Assembly: GCA_965279035.1 (NCBI GenBank)
Contig: OZ257142.1
Span: 928,001-992,000 of the forward strand
DNA: 64,000 nucleotides
Source: Bacteroidia bacterium
GTDB lineage: Bacteria; Bacteroidota; Bacteroidia; M30B66
Direction: 5' to 3'
Within the stretch, counting starts at the first letter, position 1, and each line of letters begins with the position of its first letter. Shown here piece after piece: positions 39,353 to 50,211 of the stretch. The position numbers and the translations under genes were made by a program. Below the pieces are notes generated by a model. The model saw nothing but the letters and a program-made list of their open reading frames with translations. It was not told the DNA's origin and ran no database searches.

Positions 39353-40246
39353 TCAAATACGAACAATTCCCTTTTTTAAATTATTTAAAGTAAATTCTTC
39401 CTGACTACCAACTTCAACTTGTACATCATATTCCCATGATGCATATTGAGGCAAACTCATTAATATGGATTCTATTCGTCCTCCGGTTTCTAAGCCAAAG
39501 CGTGTTCCTTTGTCATAAATAAGGTTGAATTCTACATATCTACCTCTTCTTAATAATTGCCAGCGCTTATTGTTTTCGTCAAATACTATCGACGAATTAA
39601 TTTTCATTAATTGTGTATAAATAGGAGCAAACAAATTTCCAATATCCATTATGAAAGCATGAATTTCTTCTTTGCTTTTGAATGTGTTTTTTTCATTTAA
39701 ACGATCAAAAAAAATTCCTCCTATACCGCGTGTTTCATTTCTATGTGGGATATAAAAGTAATTATCGGCCCATTCTTTAAATTTTGGATAGTAAGTTTCA
39801 TCATGTAAATCACATACCTTTTTTAACTGTTGATGAAAGCCTTGTGCTTGTTCACTATTTACATAATGCGGTGTTAAATCAATGCCTCCTCCAAACCAAT
39901 ATTCTCCATTACTCATTTCAAAATAGCGAACATTCATGTGAATTATTGGGACAAAGGGATTGATGGGATGAATTACGATGGAGACACCTGTAGCATAAAA
40001 ATCCCCAGATTCAACGTTCATCATTTTAGAAACCTGTTCTGACATAGGTCCAAAAACACAGGAAAAGTTAACTCCTGCCTTTTCGAGTATGGTTCCATTT
40101 TTTATCAATCGAGTGATACCGCCTCCACCTTCAACTCTTTCCCAAGTATCTATAATGAACTTCCCTGTGCCATCAGCTTCTTCAAGTTGAAGTATAATGG
40201 ATGATTGGAGATTCTTGAATTGTTCAGCAATTTGTTCTTTTGTCAA
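39353..40246 (-). CDS. hemF: Oxygen-dependent coproporphyrinogen III oxidase
   Basis: EKAGVNFS, HMNVRYF, WFGGGIDLTP, RGIGGIFFD, RRGRYVEFNL and ESILMSLP. Confidence 0.97.
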   Translation of the reverse strand: MTKEQIAEQFKNLQSSIILQLEEADGTGKFIIDTWERVEGGGGITRLIKNGTILEKAGVNFSCVFGPMSEQVSKMMNVESGDFYATGVSIVIHPINPFVPIIHMNVRYFEMSNGEYWFGGGIDLTPHYVNSEQAQGFHQQLKKVCDLHDETYYPKFKEWADNYFYIPHRNETRGIGGIFFDRLNEKNTFKSKEEIHAFIMDIGNLFAPIYTQLMKINSSIVFDENNKRWQLLRRGRYVEFNLIYDKGTRFGLETGGRIESILMSLPQYASWEYDVQVEVGSQEEFTLNNLKKGIVRI

Positions 40247-41865
40247 GGCTGATTTTTCCGTTTCATCTCGAAATTATTCATTTCAAGGAGGTAAATAAAA
40301 TGATTCTCATATCCATCATGTTCTCCAATTTTAGCATATCGGTAACATGAATTCAATCCACAATGTTGAGGTATTACATCTAAACATTGTATGAATGAAC
40401 TTCCATATTGAGCAATTAAATTGCAGAAATATAAGGTTACATCAAAGCCTTGATATGAGTATGATGTAGGATCTCCTTTGAATTCTTCTTTAAATCGACT
40501 TTGGAAATTCTTTGACATCAAGGAGTAATAATTTGTACTTGATGAAGTAAAACAGGAAAAATTAAGATTATTCAAATGTTCGAATTCAATATTCTCGTAA
40601 TTAATCCACTCATTTAATCCAACAAGAGTGATACGTTTTCCAAGTCTAGAACTACTTAATCGTCCTATAAAATCTATTACTTGAACCTGAACTGTTGAAG
40701 GGAAAATAATGATATTTTCATCCGATTCAGAAAGCTGTGAAATGATATCTCCAATTCCGGAATACGTTATTTCCTGAAATTTATCTGAGGGAATTGCTGC
40801 TGAAACAAGTAAACTACTTTTAAATGCATCAGCAATTTCTTTGTCTTTTTCATTGCTATTTCTAACGAGAGTAAATTTTGCAGTAGGATGATTCTTTTTT
40901 AAAATAGGTCCGCTTTCATCTATTTGACTAATTAAATCGGGCGTTACTTTTATAACGTTTGGGAAATCAATCAACAAAGCATCACTTTGAGAAAATGGTG
41001 ATACTGCTGGAATTCCTTTTCTTTTCGCGAATTCAGCAACTTTGATAAAGGATGAACTATATAATGGACCAATAATTAAATCTGTTTTTTCTAGCACTGG
41101 ATTTTTCAAAATATCAGCTATAGAATTCGAATCATTTTGAACATCAAAAACGTCAATAGTTATTTGATATCCTTTCTTTTTTAATGAATCAAGTGCGAGT
41201 TTGGCACCACTATAAAAATCTAATCCAATTCGTGCTTTGGGATTTAGCTCATCCGAGGGCGATAAATAAAATGGAAGCAGAAGTGTAATATTGATAGCTC
41301 TTCGTTGATTTTTTTCTGATAATATTGTACAGGGATTTTTTTCTAAAGGGACATTTTCTAACAATACCTTTTCTGGTTGAATTGAATCGGGTTGCTTAGT
41401 AGGCTTTGTTGAAGCAGGATAAATAATAAGTGTTGAACCAGCTTTCAATCCTTCTTTTATTTCAGGGTTCATCCTTTCAAGCTCTTCAACGGATAAACCA
41501 TATTTTTTGGCAATTCCAAAAACGGTTTCTTTAGGTAATACAGTATGTGAAAGAGATGAACTTGGTCGTTCAGAAGCTACATTCCCATTTGGAGAAAGTG
41601 CCGGTATTCTTAAGATCATTCCTGTTTTTAAACCATTCTCCGCTTCGGGATTTAAAGCAAGAATATCTTCTTGTTTTTGGTTGAATAGTTTTGAAATACT
41701 ATAAAGCGTTTTTCCTTTCTCTACTTTATAATATCGGATATATCCATCCTTGTATTGATAAATTTTCGAAGTATCTTGTTGTTGAGCATAGGAAACTTCA
41801 CCCGTTGATAAAACGATAATTATCAGTAAAATAATACGATTGAGTAATTTTTGAATTATTCCCAT
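40243..41865 (-). CDS. LysM-repeat protein with periplasmic-binding-protein type-1 domain
   Basis: Two LysM domains ([30 protein letters not shown]), then LLLPF...DFYSG...IIGPLY...GFDVTLYF. Confidence 0.88.
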   Translation of the reverse strand: MGIIQKLLNRIILLIIIVLSTGEVSYAQQQDTSKIYQYKDGYIRYYKVEKGKTLYSISKLFNQKQEDILALNPEAENGLKTGMILRIPALSPNGNVASERPSSSLSHTVLPKETVFGIAKKYGLSVEELERMNPEIKEGLKAGSTLIIYPASTKPTKQPDSIQPEKVLLENVPLEKNPCTILSEKNQRRAINITLLLPFYLSPSDELNPKARIGLDFYSGAKLALDSLKKKGYQITIDVFDVQNDSNSIADILKNPVLEKTDLIIGPLYSSSFIKVAEFAKRKGIPAVSPFSQSDALLIDFPNVIKVTPDLISQIDESGPILKKNHPTAKFTLVRNSNEKDKEIADAFKSSLLVSAAIPSDKFQEITYSGIGDIISQLSESDENIIIFPSTVQVQVIDFIGRLSSSRLGKRITLVGLNEWINYENIEFEHLNNLNFSCFTSSSTNYYSLMSKNFQSRFKEEFKGDPTSYSYQGFDVTLYFCNLIAQYGSSFIQCLDVIPQHCGLNSCYRYAKIGEHDGYENHFIYLLEMNNFEMKRKNQP

Positions 41866-43382
41866 TCGATTGTTGCTGGTGGTTTTGAACTTATATCGTA
41901 AACAACGCGATTGATTCCTTTTACTCGATTGATTATTTCATTTGAAATTTTACTGAGCAATTCAAACGGGAGATGCGAGAAATCGGCTGTCATTCCATCA
42001 TGCGAGGTAACAGCTCTTAGACAAATAACATTTTCATAACTACGTTCATCGCCCATAACTCCTACGCTTTTAATAGGAAGAAAAATGGCACCTGCTTGCC
42101 ATACATTTTTATACTCACCACTACTTTTTAATAATTCCATAAAGATAGAATCAGCCTCCTGTAAAATATGAACTTTCTCTGGTGTTATATCACCAAGTAT
42201 TCGAATAGCTAATCCAGGTCCTGGAAATGGATGTCGGTTTAATATGGTAGGACTTAATCCCAATGCAAGTCCAACTTTCCGAACCTCATCTTTAAATAAA
42301 GAACGTAATGGTTCAACTACTTTGAGGTTCATGTGCTCGGGAAGTCCTCCTACATTATGATGAGATTTTATTGTAGCCGAAGGTCCTTTAACTGAAACTG
42401 ATTCAATTACGTCAGGATAAATAGTTCCTTGTCCAAGCCATTTTACATCGGATATCTTGTGTGCTTCTTCTTCAAAAACATCGATGAAAGTACGTCCAAT
42501 GATTTTTCTTTTTTGCTCAGGGTCACTGATATTATGGAGTTCCTTTAAAAATCGGTGAGAGGAATTCACTCCGTGTATATGAAGGCCCATTTCTCTATAA
42601 TCGTGTAGCACTTGTTGAAATTCATTTTTTCTCAACAGCCCGTTATCTACAAAAATGCAATATAACTGATCGCCAATTGCTTCATTTAAAAGCATTGCAG
42701 CAACCGATGAATCTACTCCTCCACTTAAGCCAAGAACAACTTTATCTTTTCCAATCTTAGTCCTTAATTCAGAAATAGTTGATTCAATAAAGGAGGCAGG
42801 TGTCCAGGTTCCAGCACATCCACATATTTCATTTACAAAATTTGAAAGTAGCTGCTTGCCATCTGTTGAGTGAGTTACTTCTGGGTGAAATTGTATGGCA
42901 TATATCTTCTTTGATTCATTTTCAAATACTGCAACTGGAATGTCTTCGGTATTTGCAGATATTTTATAACCGCTTGGTATCGCAGTAATTGTATCACCGT
43001 GCGACATCCATACTTGAGAAGATTGTGGAATGTTTTTTAACAGTATGCTATTCTCTATAATTTGAATATGAGAACGTCCATATTCTCTTGTTGAAGATCG
43101 TTCAACATTTCCTCCTTGTGTATCTGCTATATATTGAGCACCATAACAAACCCCTAAAACAGGAAACTTATCTTCGAATTGAGATAAGTTAATTACAGGT
43201 CTTTCATCTTCTTTAACTGAGAATGGGCTACCCGATAGAATAACTCCTTTAATATTAGCACCTAAATTAGGTATATGGTTATAAGGATGGATTTCGCAAT
43301 ATACATTGAGCTCTCTAACTCGTCTGGCAATTAGCTGAGTATATTGAGAGCCGAAGTCTAAGATTAGAATGGTTTCCTGCAT
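41856..43382 (-). CDS. guaA: GMP synthase (glutamine-hydrolysing)
   Basis: Start moved to ATG 43382. [34 protein letters not shown] and [10 protein letters not shown]. Confidence 0.98.
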   Translation of the reverse strand: MQETILILDFGSQYTQLIARRVRELNVYCEIHPYNHIPNLGANIKGVILSGSPFSVKEDERPVINLSQFEDKFPVLGVCYGAQYIADTQGGNVERSSTREYGRSHIQIIENSILLKNIPQSSQVWMSHGDTITAIPSGYKISANTEDIPVAVFENESKKIYAIQFHPEVTHSTDGKQLLSNFVNEICGCAGTWTPASFIESTISELRTKIGKDKVVLGLSGGVDSSVAAMLLNEAIGDQLYCIFVDNGLLRKNEFQQVLHDYREMGLHIHGVNSSHRFLKELHNISDPEQKRKIIGRTFIDVFEEEAHKISDVKWLGQGTIYPDVIESVSVKGPSATIKSHHNVGGLPEHMNLKVVEPLRSLFKDEVRKVGLALGLSPTILNRHPFPGPGLAIRILGDITPEKVHILQEADSIFMELLKSSGEYKNVWQAGAIFLPIKSVGVMGDERSYENVICLRAVTSHDGMTADFSHLPFELLSKISNEIINRVKGINRVVYDISSKPPATIEWE

Positions 43383-43385
43383 GTG

Positions 43386-43393
43386 CAAATATA
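43386..43393 (-). promoter_or_regulatory. -7 promoter element (TATATTTG) 3 nt upstream of the guaA ATG
   Basis: caaatata on the + strand is an exact TAnnTTTG match on the - strand. Confidence 0.6.
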
Positions 43394-43706
43394 CACGGCT
43401 TGATTCGTTGTAAGAGAATTCAAGTGAAATCTATACAGAATATTCAACACATTGCGAATTGAAAATCGTTGAGGCTCTATTGGTACTTTAATAGATTGAG
43501 ATTAGAATGTAATTTATTCATAGTTCTTGTTCACTTGATTGAATTTTAGCAAGTAAATTCAATAGTTATTAAGATCACAATCGATTTTATGGCTGAAATT
43601 GGCTAGTAAGATTGAGTTGGGCTTTGTTAAAACTTCATTAATAAGCAAGCGTATTAATGCAAAACCCAAATGTAACTTAGTTGCATGAACTAAATTCTAC
43701 TTTCAA

Positions 43707-44852
43707 ATGATTATTGAACAATTAAACTGGACATCCTCCAAAGGGTGGAAAGAAGAGCTGAATAGCAATGTGGTTGAGTTTAAACCACAAATCGTTTTAA
43801 TTTTTGGATCAAGACTTTTATTGTCAGATGTAAATCTCATTCAAGAGATTAACAAACGTTATCCAAACTCACAAATTATTGGATGTTCTACTTCGGGAGA
43901 AATTCTGGGGACATCAGTAAATGATGATAGTTTGGCAGTTACTGCTGTACAATTTGAAAAAACAGCATTAAAATTTTCATTTCTAGAAGTTGAAAAATCA
44001 ACCAATAGTTATGATGCTGCATCAAAACTAGCCTCTTCATTACCACTTGAAGGTTTGAAGCATGTTTTTGTTTTGTCGGACGGTTTAAATGTGAACGGAT
44101 CTGAATTAGTAAGAGGCTTCAGAAAAGCACTTCCAAACTCAATTAGTTTAACTGGAGGATTAGCTGGTGATGGAGCAAATTTTAGTGAAACATCTGTTTT
44201 TGATGCTAACGGAATTGCTCAAAGTCATACAATTTCGGCCATAGGTTTTTATGGAGATTCCATCGAGATTGGTTATGGTTCGTTTGGAGGTTGGGATAGC
44301 TTTGGGATTGATCGTATGATCACAAAAAGTAAAAGCAATGTATTGTTTGAAATTGACGGAACTCCAGCTTTGGAACTTTACAAATCGTTCCTTGGTGACC
44401 AAGCCTCAGAATTACCTGGATCTGGATTATTATTTCCATTAAGTCTTCGTACAGAATCTGATACAACTCCAGTTGTGAGAACAATCTTATCAGTTAATGA
44501 AGAAGATCAAAGTATCACGTTTGCAGGTGATTTACCTGAAGGAGCCTATGTGAAATTTATGAAGGCAAATATTGATCGACTAATTAATGGATCAATTAAA
44601 GCGGCAGAAGTTAGTAAAAGCTCCAAATCGGATAAATCGCCTGATCTCGCTATACTAATATCATGTGTAGGTCGAAAATTGGTTCTTAAACAATTAGTTG
44701 AAGAAGAAGTAGAAGCTGCTAAAGATATTCTTGGAAAAGAAACAGCAATTACCGGTTTCTATTCATACGGTGAAATTTCACCATTTTCTGAAGGAGCACA
44801 ATGCGAATTGCATAATCAAACAATGACCATTACTACATTTTCAGAACGTTGA
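43707..44852 (+). CDS. FIST (NosP-like) sensory protein, FIST_N + FIST_C
   Basis: IIGCSTSGEI, FVLSDGL, TGGLAGDG, FEIDGTPA, PVVRT, ISCVGR, GFYSYGEI and LHNQT. Confidence 0.93.
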   Translation: MIIEQLNWTSSKGWKEELNSNVVEFKPQIVLIFGSRLLLSDVNLIQEINKRYPNSQIIGCSTSGEILGTSVNDDSLAVTAVQFEKTALKFSFLEVEKSTNSYDAASKLASSLPLEGLKHVFVLSDGLNVNGSELVRGFRKALPNSISLTGGLAGDGANFSETSVFDANGIAQSHTISAIGFYGDSIEIGYGSFGGWDSFGIDRMITKSKSNVLFEIDGTPALELYKSFLGDQASELPGSGLLFPLSLRTESDTTPVVRTILSVNEEDQSITFAGDLPEGAYVKFMKANIDRLINGSIKAAEVSKSSKSDKSPDLAILISCVGRKLVLKQLVEEEVEAAKDILGKETAITGFYSYGEISPFSEGAQCELHNQTMTITTFSER

Positions 44853-44856
44853 AATT

Positions 44857-47547
44857 ATGCACAACTTTCATCGACTTCTTCAACGTCAAATTAATAAGCA
44901 TCTAGATTCCAGTAAAGCTGAATCTGCAGAAATGCTTTCATTTTTCGAATCTATTGATTTAGCATATCGTGATTTTGAAAAAGATCATGATCAAATAGAG
45001 CGAACACTTGAAATTAGTTCGAATGAGCTTTTCAAATCGAATAAGTTACTTAATTCGATGAATGAGGCGCTTGAAGTAAAAGTTATTGAAAGGACAAAAG
45101 AGCTTGAAGGAGCTAATAATGTTTTATTGTACGAAAAAAGTGAGAGAGAAAAGAGAGAGTCAGTACAAATTTATACCGATGGAATTCTTCGCTCAACGAA
45201 TGAAGCAATAAGTAATTTAATCACTCAAACTGATTTAGAAAGCTCTATTACTCTAGCCCTTGAAGCAGTTGCAATTCAAGGGAATATTGAATCCATTTAT
45301 TTATTTAATCGGTTTCAAGAAGAGTTAAGTGAAAAGCAATTTAAACTTTTTACGTGTTGGTCGAATAAGTCGAAAAACGGAAGCCTTGATTGTAGGGATA
45401 TTCTACTTGATTTATTAAATCAACCCAAAGGGTTTCTATATCTTCAACTTCAAAAAGGAATTGTAGTACATAGTTCACAATTAATTGAATCGGGAGATAT
45501 TCCTGATTCAATGATTCAAAACGGTGACTTCAAAACATTTGATTTTTATGCGCTTCCAGTTTTTGTAGGTCAAAAATTCTCATCAGTAACTTTGTTCATT
45601 AAAAACAAAGAAATTGTTTGGGAACCGGTACTTCAGACTATTTTATTGAATTTTTCTAATTCAATCGGTAATCTGATTCATCAAAAAGATGTTGAGCGTA
45701 GAATGAACAAACAACGTGAAGCATTACTTGAAGCTCAGGAATTTGCGAAGATTGCAAGCTTCAATATTGATTTCAAAAAGAAAGTGAGTTCATTTACTGA
45801 CCAGGCAACCTACCTTTTAAATTTAAAAAAGAGTGAGCTTGAATTTGATGTAGAATTAATTCATCGTTTAAGAAAGAATGTCCTTGCGGAAGATCTAGTT
45901 TTAATAGATAACACATGGGTAAATGCCATGCGCGAACGAAAAGAAGTTCGTATAGATTTTAGAGTAAAACATGATGATGGTTCTATTCATCATTTAAATT
46001 GGAATGTTGAACCAGAATTTGATGAAAAAGGAAGAATATCGAGTGTTAAAGGTATTCTTCAAGATATTACTGAACGTAAATTAATGGCTGAAAAAGCCAC
46101 AACAGCTCGATTGATTATTGAAAATAGTCCAGCAATATTATTTCGTTGGAGTATTTCTGAAAATTGGCCTGTTGAATATGTTTCAAGTAATATAAAGCAA
46201 TTCGGATATACAGAAGAAGATTTTATTTCTCGAAAAATCGTGTATGCTAGCATTATTCATCCAGATGATTTTGAACGAATAAAAGATGAAGTAGAAGAAA
46301 ATAGAAAGGAAGGTCGTAAAAGCTATACTCAGGAATATCGAATACTTACAGCTTCAGGTGAAATCCGTTGGGTAGAAGATCAAACTGTAATTGAAGAAGA
46401 TGTTAATGGCGTTGTAAAATACCATCAAGGAATTATTAATGATGTTACAGAACAAAAGCAAACGAAACTTGCTTTGATCGAAAGTGAGCAACGATTCCGA
46501 TCATTGGTTCAAAATTCATCTGATATAACTACCATTCTAGAAATAGACGGAGTTGTTCGGTACGAAAGTCCTAGTTTCTTTAGGATGTTTGAATATGAAC
46601 CGGATGAAATCATTGGTCGTTCCGCATTTGAGTTTATTCATGAAGATGATGTTCAAGGAGTTTTAGAAGCCTTTTCTAATTTAACAACGACAGACGAAGT
46701 TCCAGCCCCGATTGTATTTCGATTTAAACATAAAAACGGTCAATGGCAATATTTAGAAGCTATTGGGAATGACTTAACCAAAGAACCTGCAATTGGTGGT
46801 TTAGTAGTGAACTCGCGTGATGTTACAGATCGCGTTGCGAATGAATCTCAACTAAAGGAATATGCAGGAACACTGGAGAAAATAAATAAAGAACTTGACC
46901 AGTTTGCCTATATCGTTTCACACGACTTAAAAGCACCACTTCGAGCAATTAATAATTTATCCATTTGGATTGAGGAAGATTTAGAAGGTAAAATGCAGCC
47001 GGATACTATGAAGAATTTCGACATGCTGAGAGGTCGGATTCATCGCATGGAAGGCTTAATTAATGGGATTCTACAATATTCCCGAGCTGGTAGAATGAAA
47101 GCAGAATCGGTGTCAATTCCAATGAATTCGTTTATTGCTGACATAGTTTCCAACCTATCACCACCTGAAAATTTTGTAGTTCAAATCCAAGAAAATCTAC
47201 CTGTTATTGAAGGAGAAAAAGTAGCTATTGATCAAGTATTTTCAAACTTCATCAGCAATGCTATCAAATACAATAACAACCCTAATCCTACAGTTAAAAT
47301 TGGTTATGAGGATAGAGGAATTGTTCATTGCTTTTATGTACAAGATAATGGACCTGGTATCGATAAGCAATTTCACGAAAAAGTATTTGCAATCTTCCAA
47401 ACATTGCAGGCACGAGATAGCGTCGAAAGTACTGGTGTAGGATTGGCAATCGTAAAGAAAATTATTGAAGAAAAAGGAGGAAGTGTATGGATCGAAAGTG
47501 AACATGGACAGGGCTCAACATTCTTCTTTACAATCCCTAAAAACTGA
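44857..47547 (+). CDS. Soluble multi-PAS histidine kinase
   Basis: No TM. Coiled N-terminus, a GAF-like segment, three PAS/PAC domains (IHPDD, IHEDD, DITERK, DVTDR), H-box AYIVSHDLKAPL, and NFISNAIKY, DNGPG, TGVGLAI. Confidence 0.93.
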   Translation: MHNFHRLLQRQINKHLDSSKAESAEMLSFFESIDLAYRDFEKDHDQIERTLEISSNELFKSNKLLNSMNEALEVKVIERTKELEGANNVLLYEKSEREKRESVQIYTDGILRSTNEAISNLITQTDLESSITLALEAVAIQGNIESIYLFNRFQEELSEKQFKLFTCWSNKSKNGSLDCRDILLDLLNQPKGFLYLQLQKGIVVHSSQLIESGDIPDSMIQNGDFKTFDFYALPVFVGQKFSSVTLFIKNKEIVWEPVLQTILLNFSNSIGNLIHQKDVERRMNKQREALLEAQEFAKIASFNIDFKKKVSSFTDQATYLLNLKKSELEFDVELIHRLRKNVLAEDLVLIDNTWVNAMRERKEVRIDFRVKHDDGSIHHLNWNVEPEFDEKGRISSVKGILQDITERKLMAEKATTARLIIENSPAILFRWSISENWPVEYVSSNIKQFGYTEEDFISRKIVYASIIHPDDFERIKDEVEENRKEGRKSYTQEYRILTASGEIRWVEDQTVIEEDVNGVVKYHQGIINDVTEQKQTKLALIESEQRFRSLVQNSSDITTILEIDGVVRYESPSFFRMFEYEPDEIIGRSAFEFIHEDDVQGVLEAFSNLTTTDEVPAPIVFRFKHKNGQWQYLEAIGNDLTKEPAIGGLVVNSRDVTDRVANESQLKEYAGTLEKINKELDQFAYIVSHDLKAPLRAINNLSIWIEEDLEGKMQPDTMKNFDMLRGRIHRMEGLINGILQYSRAGRMKAESVSIPMNSFIADIVSNLSPPENFVVQIQENLPVIEGEKVAIDQVFSNFISNAIKYNNNPNPTVKIGYEDRGIVHCFYVQDNGPGIDKQFHEKVFAIFQTLQARDSVESTGVGLAIVKKIIEEKGGSVWIESEHGQGSTFFFTIPKN

Positions 47548-47644
47548 CAACTGTTTGTGAGTAACTCAATGTTAATGAGCGTACTTACGTTAAAACAAAT
47601 TCTAATTTCAAATCCAAAATTTACAAACTCAAAAATAAATCACC

Positions 47645-48073
47645 ATGGCTGAAAAAACAATAAATATCCTTTTGATTGAAGATGATGAGGTTGATGTAAT
47701 GAATGTTAAACGGGCATTCCAGAAAAACAACTTAACGAATCCAATGCACCATGCTGGAAATGGTATTGAAGCACTTCAATTATTAAGAGGTGTTGATGGT
47801 GCAGAGCCAATTCCACTTCCCCGTATTATCTTGCTAGATCTCAATATGCCACGAATGGGTGGAATTGAATTTCTTCATGAACTAAGAAAAGATGAGCATT
47901 TAAAAAACATCAGTGTTTTTGTAATGACAACATCCAATGAAGACAAAGACAAAGTAGATGCATACAACCTCAATGTTGCAGGATACATTCTAAAACCATT
48001 GTCGATGGAGAGCTTTGTAAGTGCTGTTTCGATCCTGAAAAATTACTGGACTTTGTGCGAATATCCCATTTAA
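47645..48073 (+). CDS. Single-domain response regulator (Rcp1-like)
   Basis: ILLIEDDEVD, ILLDLNMP, MTTS and AYNLNVAGYILKP...YW. Confidence 0.93.
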   Translation: MAEKTINILLIEDDEVDVMNVKRAFQKNNLTNPMHHAGNGIEALQLLRGVDGAEPIPLPRIILLDLNMPRMGGIEFLHELRKDEHLKNISVFVMTTSNEDKDKVDAYNLNVAGYILKPLSMESFVSAVSILKNYWTLCEYPI

Positions 48074-48161
48074 AAACGCAACTAAATGCACGTTGATTCG
48101 TATACGTTGAAAGCAGTCGCTGATTGCTTAATTATAAATACAGCTTAAAATCTACCTCAAA

Positions 48162-50144
48162 ATGTCGGAATCTACTATTCGTATTTTTCTAGTTGATGAT
48201 GATGAAATTGATGCAATGTCTTTTGACAGAGCACTCAAGAAATCAGGTGTCACATATACTTTGAAGCATTGCAAAAATGCATCTGAGGCATTAGAAGAAA
48301 TAACACAAGTTGAATATGACTGTGTCTTTCTTGATTATCAACTACCAGGTGTAGATGGATTAGTGCTTTTGAAAAGAATGAAAGAATTAGGAGTTTTAGC
48401 TCCTATTGCAGTAATGACATCTCAAGGAGATGAGAAAATTGCTGTAGAAATGATGAAAGCTGGTGCTTTTGACTATTTTCCAAAAGATGAAGTGAATGCA
48501 GATAATATTTCAAAAGTTATTCGTGCTGGTCTTCGTTTAAATGAAATTCAAATACAAAAAACACAAGCAGAGAAAGCCCTTAAGGAAAATAACAATAAAC
48601 TTAATACAATTCTAGAAAGTACTAGATCCTTAATTTTTTCTGTAGATAATGAATTAAGATATACCGCTTTTAATACAACATTTAAAAAGACAATTGTTAA
48701 TTTATATGGCAATTTTCCAGAGCTAAATCAACCTTTCCAGGATGATATCTCTCGAATGAAAGACAAAGCCGTTTTACTTGATTGCTTTCAAAAAGCATTG
48801 CAAGGAGAACATGTAAATATTATTGAAGAATTTGGTGATCCTGCACAGTGTTCGAATTTTTATGATTTGAATTTCAATCCGATCGTGAATGAATCGGGTA
48901 AAGTACGCGGTGTAGCTGTTTATGGACAAGACATCACCGAACGTAAAAATGCGGAACGTGAAATTTTAGAAGCCAAGTTTGAAGCAGAAAGAACTGCAAA
49001 AGCGAAGAGTGAATTCTTGAGTAATATGAGTCATGAAATACGGACGCCAATGAATGCAATCATCGGGCTTTCGGAACTTTTACTCAAAGAAAATTTAACA
49101 GAAAAACAACTCGAAAATCTTAAATCCATTAAATATTCAGCAGATAATTTATTGGTCATCATTAACGATATCCTTGATTTTTCTAAAATTGAATCTGGAA
49201 AGATTGAATTTGAAGAGGTAAACTTTGATATCAACAGTAAAATTCAAGAAATTAAGAAAACATTCATCTTTAAAGCCGAAGAAAAAGGAATTGGGTTGAA
49301 ATTCAATGTGGCAGAGCGGGTTCCTCAATTTTTGGTTGGAGATCCATTTCGTTTAAATCAAATACTTCTCAATTTATTAAGTAACGCCGTTAAATTCACT
49401 AAGGACGGTATTGTTTCTTTGAATGTTGATTTGATTGAAGAGAATGATGAATCGGCTGTTTTAAAATTCGATGTAATCGATACTGGAATTGGCATTCCTA
49501 AAGATAAATTAGCTTCAGTATTTGAAAGCTACACACAAGCATATACCGATATCACGCGACGTTTTGGAGGTACAGGTTTAGGACTTGCTATTACCAAACA
49601 GCTTGTTAATATGCAGAATGGTGAAATTACTTTGGCTTCGGAAATGGGCAAAGGAACAACCTTCACAGTTCAATTAGCATTTAAAAAAGGAGTTAGTGAA
49701 GCAAGCAGTTCTCAAGAAGATGCTATAGCAGAATTAATTGAACCACGCGATTTTAAAGGAATGCGTGTGCTACTTGTTGAAGATAATATCATGAATCAAT
49801 TTGTAGCGAATCAAGTGTTAGAACTTTGGAATATTAAAGTTGATTTTGCAAATAATGGACTTGAAGCAGTAGATATGCTTAAAGAAAATGATTATGCACT
49901 CGTATTAATGGATCTTCAAATGCCAGTTATGAGTGGATATGAAGCAACAAGCTTTATTCGTGATAAAACAAACCGACTCAGAAATCCAGAGATTCCAATT
50001 ATCGCTTTAACTGCCGATGCATTTCCTGAAACGAAAAAGAAAGTAATGGAATCTGGAATGAATGATTTTGTTACCAAACCACTAGAGCAAACTGATTTAT
50101 ATAATAAAATCAAGTTGCATGCTTTGAAGTTGGTTCAGGCATAA
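48162..50144 (+). CDS. Hybrid histidine kinase REC-PAS-HisKA-HATPase-REC
   Basis: N-terminal REC (FLDYQLP), PAS ending DITERK, FLSNMSHEIRTPMN, NLLSNAVKFT, DTGIG, GGTGLGL, and C-terminal REC (LMDLQMP, KP). Confidence 0.95.
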   Translation: MSESTIRIFLVDDDEIDAMSFDRALKKSGVTYTLKHCKNASEALEEITQVEYDCVFLDYQLPGVDGLVLLKRMKELGVLAPIAVMTSQGDEKIAVEMMKAGAFDYFPKDEVNADNISKVIRAGLRLNEIQIQKTQAEKALKENNNKLNTILESTRSLIFSVDNELRYTAFNTTFKKTIVNLYGNFPELNQPFQDDISRMKDKAVLLDCFQKALQGEHVNIIEEFGDPAQCSNFYDLNFNPIVNESGKVRGVAVYGQDITERKNAEREILEAKFEAERTAKAKSEFLSNMSHEIRTPMNAIIGLSELLLKENLTEKQLENLKSIKYSADNLLVIINDILDFSKIESGKIEFEEVNFDINSKIQEIKKTFIFKAEEKGIGLKFNVAERVPQFLVGDPFRLNQILLNLLSNAVKFTKDGIVSLNVDLIEENDESAVLKFDVIDTGIGIPKDKLASVFESYTQAYTDITRRFGGTGLGLAITKQLVNMQNGEITLASEMGKGTTFTVQLAFKKGVSEASSSQEDAIAELIEPRDFKGMRVLLVEDNIMNQFVANQVLELWNIKVDFANNGLEAVDMLKENDYALVLMDLQMPVMSGYEATSFIRDKTNRLRNPEIPIIALTADAFPETKKKVMESGMNDFVTKPLEQTDLYNKIKLHALKLVQA

Positions 50145-50166
50145 TCAAACCGATAAGAAATTAATT

Positions 50167-50194
50167 AAAGCCAGTGGAATTTCCATTGGCTTTT
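50167..50194 (+). terminator. Intrinsic terminator closing the FIST/kinase cluster
   Basis: AAAGCCAGTGGA...TCCATTGGCTTT(T) hairpin with one G-U pair. Confidence 0.75.
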
Positions 50195-50211
50195 GTGTTT
50201 TATATTCGGTC

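Noticed and set aside
43394-43706. Purine riboswitch upstream of guaA, or preQ1 riboswitch at queE
   Set aside because: The guaA -7 element abuts the start codon, leaving no leader, and queE starts 2 nt after folD. No aptamer consensus was seen.
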